This document shows, piece after piece, positions 31,924-32,704 of a DNA stretch of 32,704 bases. How positions within the stretch are numbered: the stretch's first letter is position 1; every line of letters starts with the position of its first letter. A model generated the notes under the pieces. That model searched no databases. It was not told the origin of the DNA and saw only the letters and a program-made list of their open reading frames with translations. The stretch covers positions 1 through 32,704 of the forward strand of contig CAZUUD010000002.1 of the NCBI GenBank assembly GCA_964623045.1. The letters run 5' to 3'. The position numbers and the translations under genes were made by a program. Source of the DNA: an uncultured archaeon (GTDB lineage Archaea > Aenigmatarchaeota > Aenigmatarchaeia > GW2011-AR5 > JAHLMP01).

Positions 31924-32704
31924 TTAAATCTCTCCTCTCAGTTTTGCAGCCTCGATTATCCTATCCACTGCTACTAAGTATGAACCCCTCCTGAGATCGA
32001 TATTATTTTCTTCTGATCTAGTCATAACTTCTTCGAAGGCCTTAGTCATGATCGTTTTGAGTTTAGAGCGAATTTCTTCCTCTTCCCATCTGTCACCCGT
32101 CCTATTTTGGACCCACTCCAGATAAGATACGACCACTCCTCCAGCATTTGCCAGTACATCAGGGATCACTATGATACCCTTTTCTTTGAGTTTCCCATCT
32201 ATGGTAATTTGAGTAGGTCCATTAGCTAGCTCTAAGATCAGTTTTGCCTTGATCTCTTTCCAATTCTCTTCTGTAATTACATTCTCCACAGCTGCTGGCA
32301 CTAAGATGTCCACATCTAGCTTGAGGATATCGTCTCGAGGAAGTTCCCTTCCACCGGAAAACCCTGTCAATTTCCCCTTCTCTCGTTTGTACTTCAAAAC
32401 CTCTTCTATATCCAACCCGTCCTCATTGTAGATCGTACAACTTGTATCGCTTACCGCTACTATTCTCTTACCATGTTCACTAGCAACCTTCACGAAGCTG
32501 CCACCAACGTTTCCTAATCCCTGAACAGCGATAACTTCTGATTCTATTCCAAACTCCTTAACTGCCTTATCTAGAATAAAATATCCTCCTAAACCCGTTG
32601 CTATCTTTCTCGTCTTGCTTCCACCGAGAGAAAGAGGTTTGCCAGTGAATGTTCCAAATGCGTATCTATTTGTGATTTTGATAAACTCATCTGTCATCCA
32701 TGCC
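31924..32704 (-). CDS. gdhA: Glutamate dehydrogenase (Glu/Leu/Phe/Val dehydrogenase family), C-terminal part; gene continues past the 3' edge
   Basis: NAD(P)-binding domain VQGLGNVGG, ELANGPT, PDVLANAGGVVVSYLEWVQN. The frame stays open upstream of the M at 32697 (reads ..AWMTDE, matching the conserved GDH AWMMD region), so the gene is truncated by the window. Confidence 0.9.
   Translation of the reverse strand, partial: AWMTDEFIKITNRYAFGTFTGKPLSLGGSKTRKIATGLGGYFILDKAVKEFGIESEVIAVQGLGNVGGSFVKVASEHGKRIVAVSDTSCTIYNEDGLDIEEVLKYKREKGKLTGFSGGRELPRDDILKLDVDILVPAAVENVITEENWKEIKAKLILELANGPTQITIDGKLKEKGIIVIPDVLANAGGVVVSYLEWVQNRTGDRWEEEEIRSKLKTIMTKAFEEVMTRSEENNIDLRRGSYLVAVDRIIEAAKLRGEI

Noticed and set aside
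1-32704. I looked for CRISPR arrays, rRNA or tRNA genes, IS elements with terminal inverted repeats, integrases, and inteins in rpoA, rpoB and infB.
   Set aside because: I saw no regularly spaced repeats, no T-loop/anticodon-arm patterns in any intergenic gap, and no transposase or integrase-like ORFs. The large proteins have normal lengths, with contiguous motifs and no intein blocks.

Overview
Compact archaeal chromosomal segment, moderately AT-rich by eye. It carries about 38 genes, mostly core information-processing genes. On the minus strand: the rpoH-rpoB-rpoA1-rpoA2 cluster; a fragmented L3-L4-L23 / L2 ribosomal cluster; priS(fused)-gins51-rpl44e; sepF; an AMP-salvage set (e2b2, deoA) followed by apgM; and AMMECR1-pus10. 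On the plus strand: aIF5B, eL15, TFS, trmI and rnz. Edge genes are a FlaJ/TadC-like platform protein (5' edge) and glutamate dehydrogenase (3' edge). I found no rRNA, tRNA, CRISPR array or recognisable transposon. Genes are tightly packed, with many ATGA stop/start overlaps and GGTGA/GAGGTG Shine-Dalgarno motifs. I used these to correct about ten ORF-track starts that were TTG/GTG artefacts. Three things point to a small-genome, DPANN/Nanoarchaeota-like archaeon (inference only): a single-chain PriS-PriL-CTD primase, scrambled universal operons, and nucleotide-salvage genes. The most unusual items are listed below.
1. An ATP-cone + PD-(D/E)xK (Mrr-like) nuclease overlapping the 3' end of apgM in a deoA-apgM operon.
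2. A small Toprim protein translationally coupled between L4 and L23.
3. A primase fusion with a terminal C2H2 zinc finger.
4. A purine-rich repeat and possible 23-aa acidic micro-ORF between e2b2 and deoA.
5. An unexplained 308-nt spacer with 14-nt direct repeats where TFS interrupts the ribosomal operon.
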